From Camelus dromedarius (lineage: Eukaryota): a DNA stretch of 64,000 bases. Under the pieces are notes generated by a model. That model had not been told where the DNA came from, searched no databases, and saw nothing but the letters and a program-made list of their open reading frames with translations. Location of the stretch: assembly GCF_036321535.1 (NCBI RefSeq), contig NC_087437.1, positions 36,520,001 through 36,584,000 on the forward strand, in the 5' to 3' direction. The stretch's first letter is position 1. Every line of letters starts with the position of its first letter. Both the position numbers and the translations under genes were made by a program. Below, piece by piece: positions 1 through 12,842 of this stretch.

Positions 1-580
1 TATAACCTCTGATTTTCTTCAATCTTGTAGCTTTGACAGTGCATTTCAAGGTTTGTCTTCAGAATTATCTTATTTTTAAAGAGATCAGTTTCATTCTTAG
101 AGAAATAAACTCAACCTGTCTCCCTTGGTCTCCCATGGAATTCATCAGTGTTCCTCCGTCCCTGTCTAAGAGACCAGGATAACTGCTTGGATTTACTTGC
201 ACGTGGTATAGTAACAATAAATTGCTTGAAATGGGAAGTGGAAAGGAGTGGTAAGAGACCTCAGAAACTGATCCCTAATCCCATAGAAATAAGCATTGGA
301 GTGTTGGCTTGCCTGACATTCTTAACTATTCATGCCTGAGTGCTGTGCATGATTGTGAGTGCAGCCATATAAGAGAGAGTGATGGGAGAGATTGCCCTGG
401 GTTCCAGTTCTGGAGCTTGGGCAGATGAAAGGTATTTCAGAAGTAAGCTTTGTATTTCTACCTCTAATGTTACCAAAAGAAAAATGATAGATTTAAGACC
501 ATATTTATTTAGGTGTTTAAAAAATAAAGCATCAAATCATCTGAACATCAATGTTTATGTAAAGGGGAACACTGTTATCC

Positions 581-1126
581 TGTTGCAGAAAAGTGTGTTA
601 TAGCTCAGTGTTACATCTCAGTTGCAATAGCAACCTGGATCCAGGCGAGAGACCAAGCAGCACTCTGAGAGTTGGAGAACTCAGGTTTATTATGCCAGTG
701 GGCCCAGAGGAGTTAACACTCCAAGCTCTGGACCCCGTCTGTAGGTTTATATGGGCTTTTATAGACTGCCAGTTTACATTTTGCAACATCATATACAAAT
801 AAGGTATAACAAAAGTTTACTAATTAGGAACAAGCTTTGTAGAAATGGACCAATCATGAGGGAGAGAAATAACCAATCAGGAGTGAGAGAAATACCAATT
901 AGGAGTGAGCTCCATGCAAATGAAGCACTACAAATGGACCAATCAGGAGTTAGCTCAGGGAACCAATAAAATTTTACGGGTAAGTTCCACTTTCCTAGAA
1001 GTTAGCTGTTTCAGAGGCAAAAAGTGAGATAAAGCTTCTGGGCCAGGGAACCAGATGGTGCTGGCAGGAGGGTAGTGGCCCTGCCTGGGGGTCCTGCCAC
1101 TCTTTTTTATGGGGCTTCCCACCTCA
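581..1126 (-). mobile_element. Solo LTR, ERV1-class (young)
   Basis: TG...CA termini, 4-bp TSD ATCC (577-580 and 1127-1130), AATAAA on the minus strand (~686-691), CCAAT-rich U3. Confidence 0.9.
850..967. promoter_or_regulatory. Phased CCAAT-box array plus octamer in LTR U3
   Basis: CCAAT at 850, 873, 895, 939 and 963; ATGCAAAT at 914-921. Confidence 0.55.
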
Positions 1127-1289
1127 ATCCTATTGTGTGATCCATTTTAATAAAATTATTTATTTTTAACAAAATATATTCTTCAGTAATAGGGTATAAA
1201 GCTACAATATTTAAACAGAGCTGCAGATCTCATGTTTGTAGATTTTTAAAATTCACGTTCTTTATTAGCTGGGATATTTATTTAATTGC

Positions 1290-1738
1290 TTTACTAGAGA
1301 GCAAATAACTGTGTCTTAATCAGGATAAAAGATTCATTTTCTCAAGCACAAGGAAGTCTAAGCTGATAGGGGTTTATGGTCAGGGCACCTCAGCTACTGA
1401 AGGTCATACAAGTGCACAGGCTCCTTCTCCCTTCCTGCTTCATCATCCTCATCTGCACAGCCAGTGCTGGCTCATTACACCCTTTCTCCATACCAGCTCT
1501 TAGGATGGAGGGAAGAGGAAAAAGGAAAACAGCTTCCCATGAAGGATATGATTAATAAGTTGTACATATAATTTTCCTTCACATCACACTGAACAAGACT
1601 GAATTCCACATTAAGTTTTTGCTGCAAGAGGGGCTGTAAAATGTTCTTGCTAGTTACGTAGCACTAAGCACAGTGAAACTCAGATATCCCTTACTAGGGG
1701 GAGAATGGATATTGAGGGAAACTACCGGTCTCTGTCAT
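1290..1738. mobile_element. Old MaLR LTR (MLT1J/K/L-like)
   Basis: Resembles recalled MLT1 motifs (gcaagaggggctgtaaaatg; gagaatggatattgag...gtctctgtca); edges approximate. Confidence 0.55.
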
Positions 1739-1863
1739 TACTTTCTTAGAATTCAAAAAAAAAAAAGTCTGTAACATTATTTGCTATATTTAACCTCATT
1801 AAACAAAGGGCAAAAAGTATTAAAATGCATATCACTGTTTTAAGAGTATGGTTTAAAAATTAC

Positions 1864-1943
1864 CGAAAAATCCTCTCCCGAAAACATGTACAGAATATAT
1901 CTGATGTTCACAAATGACTGCTATTTTTATTCCTCTAGAATTG
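1864..1943 (-). pseudogene. Possible exon (SNSRGIKIAVICEHQIYSVHVFGRGFF), tentative
   Basis: Weak acceptor atttag; donor TCG|GTAATT; 80 nt, open in phase 2. Confidence 0.3.
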
Positions 1944-2310
1944 CTAAATATTATATAATACTCTTTTATACTGCTATTTAATTTAAACTTAACTGTAGTT
2001 TGATTTTACAAATAATTTAATTAAATGTCCCCAAACTATACAGTCCTGTCAAAAAATATATAAGACTTAAGGATAGAATGTTAATTAGGATACAAATATA
2101 AAATCTTTTTATTCGTAGACCATGCCAGGCCACCAAATTCCCAACTGTCTTTGTAGCAAATTGTATCTTGTCCATTGTCCATTGTCCATCGTCCATTGTA
2201 TTGACCTATGGGGATTCTGACCTTTAGGGGAGAATATTTTCAAAAAGCTTATATAAATCTAAGGAAAAACTAATAGCATATATTTTAGAATTAGAAACAT
2301 GTGTCCTTAC

Positions 2311-2383
2311 CTTTATTTTGATCTTTTTTTCATAGAAAGGATGTGCAAATGCCATTCACTTCTCATAATCAAGAGAAAATTGT
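2311..2383 (-). pseudogene. Exon (DNFLLIMRSEWHLHILSMKKRSK*)
   Basis: Long polypyrimidine tract then ccttag|; donor AAG|GTAAGG; phase-1 start matches the previous exon; TAA at 2313-2315. Confidence 0.65.
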
Positions 2384-2619
2384 CTAAGGTAGTAAGAAAT
2401 AAAACATTAAAGAAAAAGAAAAATAATAAAGTAACAATTTTATTACTAGAAAAAATACAGTAGTGTGATTATATATTGAAAAAATCTGAAAGGTCAGTCT
2501 GTTGATAAATCATTATGCTCCTAAGCTACACTTGATTTGTAGATTTTTTCAACCTATTGGCAAAATATACTTGAAGCAAATTTTTAAAAATATAACATAT
2601 ATTTTAAAAAATTGATATG

Positions 2620-2762
2620 GGTGTGAAGGGTATAGTTCAAATGGTAGAAGGCATGGTTAGCATGGACAAGGTCCTGGCTTCAATTCCCAGTACCTCCATT
2701 AAAAAACAAACTAATAATAAATAAATAAATAGACCTAATGAACCCCCCCCAAAAAACAAAGA
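2620..2762 (+). mobile_element. vic-1-type tRNA-derived SINE (camelid)
   Basis: A/B-box-like gggtatagttcaaatggtag and gcttcaattcccagtacctcc, A-rich segment, C-rich tail. Confidence 0.8.
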
Positions 2763-3627
2763 AGTTAATGTGAAGTAGCTTCCTTATAGTAAAAGCCTTT
2801 GACATACACATGAGTATATGCCATATATATGGTATATGTTATTTATTATGTGTAACGTAATAAAATTAAATATATATATTACTTAACTAAAATTTCAAAA
2901 GTATATCTCAGAAATCTTTCAGCCTTGCTCTATAGATAGAATTATTTCTTCTAGGAGGGAAGATCAGCAAAGTGGAGGGGAGGAGGAAGTCACTGACTGA
3001 TAGATCAATTGATTAATTAATGATGCACTAAATTCAATTTCTCCAGTGCAAATTATCCTCCTCTCAGTATTTTCTCATTTTCCTAGTTATTGTCTCCCAT
3101 ATTCTCCAGGATCTAATTTCTCCATGTACATCATCCTCCTAATCTTACTACCTTTTAGTTCTAGCAGATAACCATCCTTCTGAATTCACAACCATAATTA
3201 AATAAACATTGAGAAATTTACCAGTATATTCATTCACATTTTACTCTCAGAATCCTGTTGTAACGGATAGTGTTCCTTTTCTACTCAAAAGTTAATATAT
3301 TGATTATATTACTTCTCTTGCATTTTCAAAACTTTCCCTCATACACAAATATCTATTATTCCATTCAATGTTTTAAAAAATAGCGTTCAAATCTTTAAAA
3401 CAAAATTGAGTAATTTAAAGAAATAAAAGGTATCATCAATTATATGAAAGCCAATTCTTTTATGCCACCTCCAAGGCAACCTTGTTAAAAATTTGTCTCC
3501 TTCACTTTTTAATTCTCTTTTTCAACGGAGAAAGCTTGCTCAAACTCTCTGGTCCATTGCATTATTTTCTTTTGACAACTTATTACTCACACATTTCTTG
3601 ATACATTTATTTTCTGCCTTTTTAGTC

Positions 3628-3760
3628 ACAATCAAATACAAGTGCCTTGAGAAAAGGGACTTCATATCTTTGTTTTCTCTGCATCCTCGCCTCTCAAAGA
3701 GTTTATTTCACATGTAGATGCTCAATACTTATCTGCTGAGTGAATGATCAAATGTATGAA
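3628..3760 (+). mobile_element. L2 3' end
   Basis: aagtgccttgagaaaagggac...gctcaatacttatctgctgagtgaatga resembles the L2 terminus. Confidence 0.6.
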
Positions 3761-3775
3761 TATTTTATTTTTTAC

Positions 3776-3910
3776 CTGGTATGATAACTGACAGTGAGGA
3801 AATAGTCAAATGAACATTTTCAACAATTATTTGGTCACATTGCCAGTGTCATATGTATAAACTCAAGATCAGGGAAATTAAGGCAATTGCTAATATTCCA
3901 ACTTCAAAGT
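3776..3910 (-). pseudogene. Exon (DFEVGILAIALISLILSLYI*HWQCDQIIVENVHLTISSLSVIIP)
   Basis: ctatttcttattacag| acceptor; CAG|GTAAAA donor; 135 nt, phase 1-1; TGA at 3849-3851. Confidence 0.65.
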
Positions 3911-5532
3911 CTGTAATAAGAAATAGTTTAAGAATTCTACTGTGTTTTCAGAATGATTTTGAAGTTAAACTCTTTGTTTCTTTTTTACTTATTTAATGTT
4001 GACTCCTCTAATACTGATATAAAGTATATTTCAAAATCATTATATAAAGAGAAATGATTAAAGTAGAGTTAGTTTTGATAACATGTAAATATTCTGAGTA
4101 CCATCATGGCTTCGAATAAATTTGATTTGTTAATTATCTCTTTCAGGTTTATTTGTTTGATTATTTGTATTTAAATTGCTACTTCTGTGAAACATTGAGT
4201 AAATTTCCATGACATGAGCAAATTTTAAACAGAAATGGGAAACAACTGAGAAATGCTTTATCTCAGTAGAAGGTTGGAATGTGGGAATTACTTTTTTTAT
4301 TTCACTGACTTTCTGAATTTCAATCAGCTTTGATGTAACAACTGTTGGTTGACCTGATTAAAGTGAACCTCTCATCCAGTTGATTTAAGTCTACTTTGCT
4401 GCTACCAAAGAATCTAAAATATGCTCTATTTTAGACAACCATCTGGCCCCTAAATTCAAAAGTTTACTTTACTGCAGTCCTAGGAAACAGACTTTTTGTT
4501 TCTAATTAAATCATATTTTACTCTGTTGTATATAAAACTTCTTACAATCTGGCAAGTACTTTTTTTATCAACTCACATGAATATTTTCCCTTCATCATGA
4601 ATTTTCCTCAATAAAGCAGTCAGAACAGTTAATGGAAAGTCAATCATGGTGAATAACAGATTTTGAATTTTTCAGAGAACTGTCATAAGAAAGAAATAAA
4701 GAAAGGGAGAAAGAGAGAAAGGAAGGTAGAGAGGACAGAGGGAAAAGAAAAAAAGGAAGAGAAGAAAAAATGTTTCATTAGAAAATAATTTATTATTAAT
4801 ATATGTAATATAATATATTACAACTATCTTTTTCAGACGGGATCAAGTTTCATACAGATAATCTGAAAGATAAAGTATATATCAAGATTTCTATAGGTCA
4901 CTGATATTGCTACCCCATCTTTTTAAGTATCTAATCCAGTGAAGTTTCCTTCAGTGATCTTCAGTGGCAATATTGATAGCTTTTGTGCTTCCCTCAACAA
5001 CTAGTTCATATTAGTACTGAAGAGCTAGCTGGAGGCTGCTGAGCAACAGTGACTCTACAATAGGAAATGTACCGTTTTATGCTCTTATTGGTGGTCTTCA
5101 GTGGTGGTTTGTATTGACAGTTTCCAGTAAAAGCCCTGAGGGTCACTTTTGAAGCTTTTCATGTATTCTAAAATTATTTATCAAGTGCATATTGTGGTAT
5201 TCCATGTGTCAAGAGCTGGAGATACACAGTTCAATCATATTGACTTAATATTTGTTCTCAAGGAAGAGTCTATTTAACAAAAGGGAAGTTCCTGTTCAGG
5301 CTTTAAATCCAAGTATAAATAAACAAACTTTCTCTTTTATTTTATTTAAATGTGTGTTAATTATAAGTATACAAAATTAATTTTTTTTTAAAAATAAAAC
5401 AATATAGAAGTGTTTAAAAGAAAATCTAAAAGCACTTACCCCTAACATTCATCATGCTTTGACTAACACTGTTGACAGTGTACTGTTTATCCTTCCTGAC
5501 ATGCTCACACATATGCATGTTGATATACCCAC

Positions 5533-5542
5533 CACGCACGCA

Positions 5543-5573
<31 letters not shown>

Positions 5574-5585
5574 CACACACACACA
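5533..5585. repeat. (CA)n microsatellite
   Basis: Direct read. Confidence 0.95.
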
Positions 5586-5695
5586 TATGTAGTATATACA
5601 TATACATACATATCAACATGTAGTTTCCATTTATAGGGAACTGGCTTTCTACTACATGTGTGTTTCTGCAATTTATTGTTTTTCACTTGGCAATA

Positions 5696-5857
5696 TAGGC
5701 ACACCTTGTGCTTCTCTTTATTGCACTTTGTAGATACTGTGTTTTATACACATTGACTGTAGCAACTATGCATCAAGCATTGCCTACTGGGACTGTTTTT
5801 CCAACAGCATTTGCTTACTTTGTGTCACATATTGGTAATTCTCACAATATTTCAAAC
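5696..5857 (+). mobile_element. Tigger1 5' end fragment
   Basis: Matches recalled Tigger1 start (ttttccaacagcatttgcttactttgtgtcacatattggtaattctcacaatatttcaaac). Confidence 0.8.
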
Positions 5858-6255
5858 ATACAGTAGTAGGAATTCAGTAAATATTTATTGAGCAATTGAA
5901 TGAAAGAATGAATAAAAATATAATGTTTTATTAAGCAGGATTTATGCAGTTGTTTATTCATGTTCTTCAAAATAAATTATAGGAGAGTTAGCTTAGTGTA
6001 CTAAAACAAAAGTTGTTAGCATGGATAGTTCTAAATTCATAATTCAAATTTTCTACCACAGAAGACATGTGATTCTGAGAAATTGTATTCTCTGGGCTTA
6101 ATTCTTCTTCTGCCAAACTGTCATAAGGATATCTATTTTACCTAGTTATTATGTGCTTTTAAGATACTGTGTAAAGTTACTAGTACATGATAGGAGAGAA
6201 ATAGTTGGTAGAAAGTGTAATTATTTATAAAATAATTTTAGCATAAAAAGGTGAA

Positions 6256-7020
6256 TTTAAATAGCTTTATTGAGGTATAATTAATCTGCCATAAGCTCAA
6301 CTATTTAAAGTACACACTTTTTAAGTTCATTCGAAGAATTGCACAATACTATTACCACAGTCAGTTTTAGAATGTTTCATTCTCCCCAAGTTCAAAAAGA
6401 TCCTTAGCCACTAAGACTCATTCACACCCTCATTTCTCTCCAACCCTTGTGGCCCTAGGAAGTGATTAATCTGCTTTCTGCCTCTATAGATTTACCTATT
6501 CTGGGCATTAACACACTGATATGATATGTGTATAGTGGGACTAACTTCTTTCACTTAACATAATGTTTCAGGTTTCAACAAAGTAGAAACTTGTATCAGT
6601 ACTTTATTATTTTTATGGCCAAATAGTATTCCATTTTATGAATATACCACATTTTATTTATCCATTCATAAGGTGATAAATATTCAGGTTGATTCTACAT
6701 TTTTGGCTATTATAAATAATGTTTCTGTAGATGTTTGTGTACATGTTTTTGTGGGGATTTTTGTTTTCCATTCTCTTGGTCATACACCTAGGAGTGGAAT
6801 TTCTGGGTCTTAAGATAACTCTGTGTTTAAATTTAGGGAAACTGCCAGACTCTTTTCTAAAGCAAATGCACAATTTTGCATTTCTTTCAGCAGTATATGA
6901 GGGTTTTGAAGTCTTCATGTTCTCATTAACACTTGTTATTAACTGACTTTTTAATTTTAGTGGGTGTGAAGGAGTATCTGTTTGTGGTTTTTATTTGCAT
7001 TTCTCTGGTGGCTAATTGCT
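6256..7020 (-). mobile_element. Old L1 3' end (L1MB-like)
   Basis: agctttattgaggtataatt terminus; ORF2 C-terminal-like sequence. Confidence 0.8.
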
Positions 7021-7049
7021 TACCATCATATCTTCATTTAAAGTTCTCT

Positions 7050-7635
7050 TAATTCTTTAACTTAACGCAGTGAACTTCCACAAACTCTGTTCTAACTACA
7101 GTCAGTTTCCTTAGGACAGCTTCATTACTCTCTACTAACGTGGAATGACTCTGGTAGGACAATTATCTATGTCTGTGGGCTGGGTGGAGAAAGAGAATCC
7201 CAGATATCTTAGCTTTAGCTGTTTATGCATGGAATAGAGCGTCTTCAGCATGAGCTGGAGCAGATGATAAATGCTCAGTGCCTGTCGCTCTGGGAAGATA
7301 CTGTAGCCCTTTACTTGAAACATGGGAAGAGGGTGCACTGACTTGGTGGCCACTTTCATCTGATCTGGACCTTCTGCCATGCTGAGTTGATGTGCTTGGG
7401 CATGGGGGATGGGATGAAGTAGAGTTGGATATGGCTCAAGTGCCATATGGACTATCACTATTCTTATGGAAATTTGGAAGATTTTCTGCAATAATTTCTT
7501 CTTATGTTGTATATCCTCAGAACAAATTCCAGAGACTTTAAATGCTTTGTTTTTATAGTTTTTACCAATTTTGGTTCTTTCACTGGTGAGCAGACACACA
7601 ATGAAATTCAGGAAGTCACTCCAGAAGTCTTCCAA
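7050..7635 (-). mobile_element. Ancient L1 5' region fragment
   Basis: Resembles L1M 5' ends; the 176-aa ORF here is not a credible gene. Confidence 0.5.
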
Positions 7636-7878
7636 ACATGAATTATTTTCTCCAGACACACACACAAAAAATAATAATGATTAAAAACCATTTAAACAGC
7701 TAAAATTTTGGTCACATTTATAACTAACTCAGTGTGGCTTTTGTGTTTCTTTTTCTAAATAGAGTTTTATTAATAACATAAGACATATAGAAAAGCTCAC
7801 AAATATTGTACAGCTGAATGATTTATTAAAAAACAACACCTGAGTAATAATTATCCAGGACAAAATGATGTTAACAAA

Positions 7879-7881
<3 letters not shown>

Positions 7882-7910
<29 letters not shown>
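7882..7910. repeat. (TA)n microsatellite
   Basis: Direct read. Confidence 0.95.
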
Positions 7911-7913
<3 letters not shown>

Positions 7914-7967
7914 TTAGATTTTATTCTTTTGAATGAAATGAAAAAAATGAAAACAATAAAAAATAAT

Positions 7968-9040
7968 TTCATTCTTTTACAAGTAGCTGTCCAGTTTTCC
8001 CAGCACCATTTATTGAAGAAAATACCTTTTTTCCATTGTATATTGTTGCTTCCTCTGTCATGGAGTAATTGACCACAAGTGTGTGGGTTTACTTCTGTTC
8101 TGTTGATCTATGTGTCTGTTCTGTTGATCTATGTGTCTGTTTTTGTGTCAGTAAAATACTGTTTTGATTACTGTAGCTCTGTAGTATAGTCTTAAGTCAG
8201 GGAGTGTTTCCTCTAGCTCTGTTCTTCTTTCTCAAGATTTTTTTAGCTAGTCAGGATCTTTTGTGTTTCCATACAAGTTAAAATATTTTTGTTCTAGTTC
8301 TCTGAAAAATGCCATTGGTAATTTTACAGGGATTGCATTGAATCTGTAGATTGCCTTGGATATGATGGTCATTTTAATAATGTTGATTCTTCCAGGCCAA
8401 GAACACAGTATATCTTTCCATTTGTTTGTGTTGTCTTCAATTGCTTTCATCAATATCTTAACGATTTTCTGAGTACAGGTCTTTTACCTCCTTAGGTAAG
8501 TTTATTCCTAAGTATTATTTTTTGATATGACAGTACATGGGATTATTTTCTTAATTTTTCTTTATAATATTTCACTGTTAGTGTATAGATATCCAACAGA
8601 TTTCTGTACATTAATTTTGTATCCTGCAACTTTACTGAATTTATTGATGAGCTCTAGTAGTTTTCTAGTGGCATCTTTAGGATTTTCTAGGTATAGTATC
8701 ATGTCATCTGCAGTGAGTTTTACTTTTTTCCTTTACAATTTGGATTTCTTTCCTTTTTCTTCTGTTAATGATGTGGCTAGGACTCCCAAAACTTTGTTGA
8801 ATAAAAGTGGCAAGAGTGTACATTCTTGTCTTATTCCTGATCTTAGAGGAAATGTTTTCAGCTTTTCACCATGATATTAGTATTATATTAGATGTGGGTT
8901 TGTCATATATGACCCTTATTATGCTGAGGTGTGTTCCCTTTATGTCCACTTTCTGAAGTGTATTTATCATAAATGGATGTTGAACTTTGTCAAAACCTTT
9001 TTCTGCATCTATTGAGATGATTATATGGATTTTATTCTTC
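7968..9040 (-). mobile_element. L1 ORF2 fragment
   Basis: ORF 8247-8453 reads [37 protein letters not shown], typical of L1 ORF2. Confidence 0.95.
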
Positions 9041-9042
9041 TA

Positions 9043-9355
9043 ATATTGCCACTCGTATCAACATGCATGGATTTGGAGGTCATTACGCTAAATGAAATAT
9101 GCCAGACAGAGAAAGACATATACAGTATGATATCACTTATATGTAGAATCTGAAAAATACAACCAACTAGTGAATAAAACAAAAAAGGAACAGACTGAGA
9201 TATATAGTGAACGAACTAGTGGTTACTAGTGAGAGAGGGATGGGGGAAGGGCACTATAGGGAAAGGGGATTAAAAAAGGGTTATTATGGGATTATATGAA
9301 ATCATGTGTGTGAAACTCTTGAAAATTGTAAAGCACTATATAATTAAATAATTAA
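9043..9355 (+). mobile_element. L1 3' end
   Basis: ORF2 end plus 3'UTR-like sequence. Confidence 0.8.
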
Positions 9356-9439
9356 AAATGGTATATGTATAGCATATTTGTGTATGAATATATGTATATG
9401 GTTGTATTATATAAATATATTATATATGTATGTTCCAAG

Positions 9440-11180
9440 GTCGATATTTATGCTGAAAATATTAAGACATGGTGTGAGTATGCAGAGAGCCTGAAACAAT
9501 TTATATAATTAAAAAAATAAAAATAATTTAGAAGTCAGGATTCCAGGATAGAGCTCAGACTGTAATAATCAATCTAACTGTATTACAAGTATATTAAACA
9601 ACCTCACTTAAGAAGTTAAGGGAAATAGGTTCTGAATTAAATAACTTTATTAAAGAATGGAGACCATAGGAATAAATGGCAAATGAACTATATAGAAGCA
9701 CTGTACTCTAGTTGATCAAGTTGTTCTCACTGTGTGGGTTAACAAATCTGAAGTCTCTATATGTGTATACTGGAAATAGACAATTAAATAAATGGATGGT
9801 GGATAGTCAGAGTCTGCTTTCTCACTATTGGAGTGGGCAGTTACAGGCCCTCAAGGAGAGAAGGCCAGCATGAGTCATGTACCAGATTAGATTTGGAGAC
9901 ATCACTATAAATATGTTTTGCTTAATGTATTAAGCAAATGAAATGTATTATTTCATACATATAATTTCATTTATATATACATATAAATGAAAATATGCAG
10001 AGTTGTTTTTATGTGTGAGTGTGTGTGTATATATATATGTATATATACAAGGCTTAATATACACATGTATATGTCCTTACTTTTTCAGATAAGAAGGCCT
10101 GGAAGCAAGAACACTCCAATAGCAATGAGAACACCTAGTGCATAGAACTTGGTTTCTAATACTATTTCCCAGTAATAGGAAACAGGGCTTCTTGGATAAA
10201 TGGCTTTTTCTATGACTTGGGCAGGCTGTATACTATATGAACCTGGAATCTGTTGTAGTGTCGGAAAGTAAAGATATGCTCAACACACACGTGCTCAGGT
10301 TCACATACATAGACACACACACACATAGTGATGGAGATATGTCAGAGGGGAACACAGATCTCAATAATCAAAACTGGTATAATTTGAGTAATAAAGTAAA
10401 TAAATTAGTATTGGATTATAACATATAAAATATTTTTATGTAACCATGTATCCATATTGTTAAAAATAAAATGACTAAATAAATAAGAATAAAAAATATC
10501 TCCCATGCAGGAAAAATCCAAATCATTTATATAAAACTACTCTTAAGGATATGAAGCAAACCTCTTTTCTCCTGAACTGTGGCTGTGCAGAGTGACTTCC
10601 TGCCAAACAGTAAGAGTGGGAAAGTAAAACTTTTTTAATAGAAATTTGATGAGCGCTACCTCAGCCAGGTGACCAGTGTTAATATCAATGGTAATGCCAT
10701 GTTCACAGTATGTGCCCTTGATATGATCTAATGAAAATGGCACTTTACCTCTGTGGTCTTCTTCCTGAAAATTCACAATCCCAGTCTAATCATGAGAATA
10801 ACATTAGACAAGTCTCCATGAGGGACTTTCTACAAAATACTTGACCAATACTCCTTAAAACTGGCGAAGTCATAGAACAAAAAAGTCTGATAAACCATCA
10901 TAGCCAAGAGAAGCCTAAGGAAATACAGTTACTAAAAGTAATGTGGACTCCTAGGTGAGATCTTAGAACAGAAAAAATATATTAGGTAAAAACTAAGAAA
11001 ATCTAAATAAACTATAGACCTTAGTTAATAATAATGGTAATATATCAATATTGGTTTATTGTGACAAATTTATCATGTAAAATGGTAATAGGGGAAATCA
11101 GATTTGTGGATATGGGAACACACTATACTATCTTTGAAAATTTTCTATAAATTATTCTATAATATAAATATTTTAAAAAA
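9440..11180 (+). mobile_element. L1MC/L1MD-type long 3'UTR
   Basis: Recalled motifs (aaaatggcactttacctctgtggtcttc...cccagtctaatcatgag). Confidence 0.75.
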
Positions 11181-11907
11181 TCAAACTAAATCATATGAAT
11201 CCAATACAATGTTGTTTCTGATTTCAAACTAAATTTTAAAGTTATAGTAACAAAAACAATATAATACTGGCATAAAAAGACACATCAATGGAACAGAATA
11301 GAGAGCCCAGAAATAAACCCACACATATATGGTCAATTGCTTAATGACAAAGGAGCTATGAATATGCAATGAGGAAAGAATAGTCTCTTCAGTTAATAAT
11401 GTTAGGAAAACTGAACAGCCCCAGACAAAAAATTAAAACTGGCCCCCTATCTTACACCACCCACAAAAATCAACACAACTTATATTAAAAGCCTAAAGTA
11501 TGAAACTGGAAGGAATCATAGGGAGTAAGTGCTTTAACATCAGTCTTAGTGATGATTTTTTTGCCTTTGACACCAAAAGCAAAGGCAACAAAAGAAAAAA
11601 TAAACAAGGGAGACTTCATCAAACTAAAAAGACTGCATAGCAAAGGAAACTATCAACAAAGTGAAAAGGCAAAGTATAGAATGAGAGAAAATATTTGCAA
11701 ATCATATCTGACAAAGAGTTCATATGCAAAATGTATAAGGAACTTGTGTAACTCAGTAGCAAACACCTTCCCAAACAATCCAATTAAAAATGGGCAGAGG
11801 ACTTGAATAGAATTTTCCAAGTAAGACATATAAATGTCCAACATGTATGTGAAAAGATGTTTGACATCACAAATCATCAGGGAAATGCAAATCAAAACCA
11901 CACTGAG

Positions 11908-12039
11908 TGGAGAGGGTATAACTTAGTGGTAGAGTGCATGCTTAGCATGCATGAGGTCCTGGGTCCAATCCCCAGTACCTCCATCAAATAAGCAAACAAA
12001 CCTCATTACTTCTCCCCCAAAAATAAATGTTTTTTAAAA
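11908..12039 (+). mobile_element. vic-1-type SINE nested in L1
   Basis: gggtataacttagtggtagagtgcatgcttagcatgcatgaggtcctgggtccaatccccagtacctcc; TSD ACACTGAG at 11900-11907 and 12040-12047. Confidence 0.9.
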
Positions 12040-12229
12040 ACACTGAGATATCACCTCACACTTGATAGGAAAGCTGTTATCAAAAAGACAAGAAATAACA
12101 GGTGTTGGCAAAGATTTGGAGAAAATGGAATCTGTGCTGTTGGTGGGAATGTAAATTAGTACACCCATTATAGAAAACAGTATAGAAGTTTCTCAAAAAA
12201 ATAAAAATATTATGATCATATGTTCCAGC

Positions 12230-12602
12230 TGTTGACCTAAAATAAATATACTGCCAGTTATTCCTCCAGAAAAAAAATGAGTTTATTCAGGAGCAATAAA
12301 TAATTGCAGTTTGGGGTCTGCAACCAGGCAAGTCATGTGCAAGTCCCCAGCAAAAATGGAGAGGGGAAATCTTTTAAAGAGGGAAAAAGGTAGGTGGGAG
12401 GGCTATAGTAAACAAAGACTGCATTTGGGGAATTGAGAGTTTGAAGTATAGTGGCGTTTCATTGGCTGAATTGTGACAATCTCTGATTGGCTAAGCTCTT
12501 GCCAGGTCAGAAGAGGAAGTTTTTCTTCTTCCTCTTGGGCTCTGCCATTGTCATAGCAGGTTGTTTTATCTTAATTGAGGTTTCTGTTTATTCATTTTTA
12601 CA
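12230..12602 (-). mobile_element. ERV1-class solo LTR nested in L1
   Basis: TG...CA termini; TSD CAGC (12226-12229 and 12603-12606) splits the L1 motif ccagcaattcc; minus-strand AATAAA. Confidence 0.88.
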
Positions 12603-12796
12603 CAGCAATTCCACTTCTGGTTAAATATCCAAAGAAATTGAAATCACTCTCTCAAAATGATACATGTATCCTCTTGTTCATTGAAGGATTATTTACCATA
12701 GCCAAGACATGGAAGCTACCTAAGGGCCCATCAGTTGATGAATGGATAAATAAAATGTGGTATATACATATACATACATATACATACATACATACT

Positions 12797-12842
<46 letters not shown>

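Noticed and set aside
2168..2199. (TTGTCCA)x4 short tandem repeat
   Set aside because: Ordinary slippage duplication with no spacers or other structure.
2620..2700. tRNA gene
   Set aside because: Degenerate cloverleaf with a SINE-type tail; it is a SINE head.
1864..3910. Alternative frame of the last exons with mostly TGA stops (selenoprotein or CGA-decay idea)
   Set aside because: It needs five stops versus two, breaks phase with the upstream exons, loses the C2-like motif, and no SECIS was seen. It cannot be fully excluded for the last two exons.
4292..4353. Possible extra exon GQPTVVTSKLIEIQKVSEIKK
   Set aside because: Weak donor, ends in phase 0 (incompatible with exon 3776-3910), and would split the C2-like motif.
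7135..7665. Longest ORF (176 aa)
   Set aside because: Lies in an ancient L1 5' remnant and has no recognisable domain.
7968..9355. Twin-priming inverted L1
   Set aside because: Several hundred bp of L1 are missing between the pieces and no shared TSD was found; probably separate insertions.
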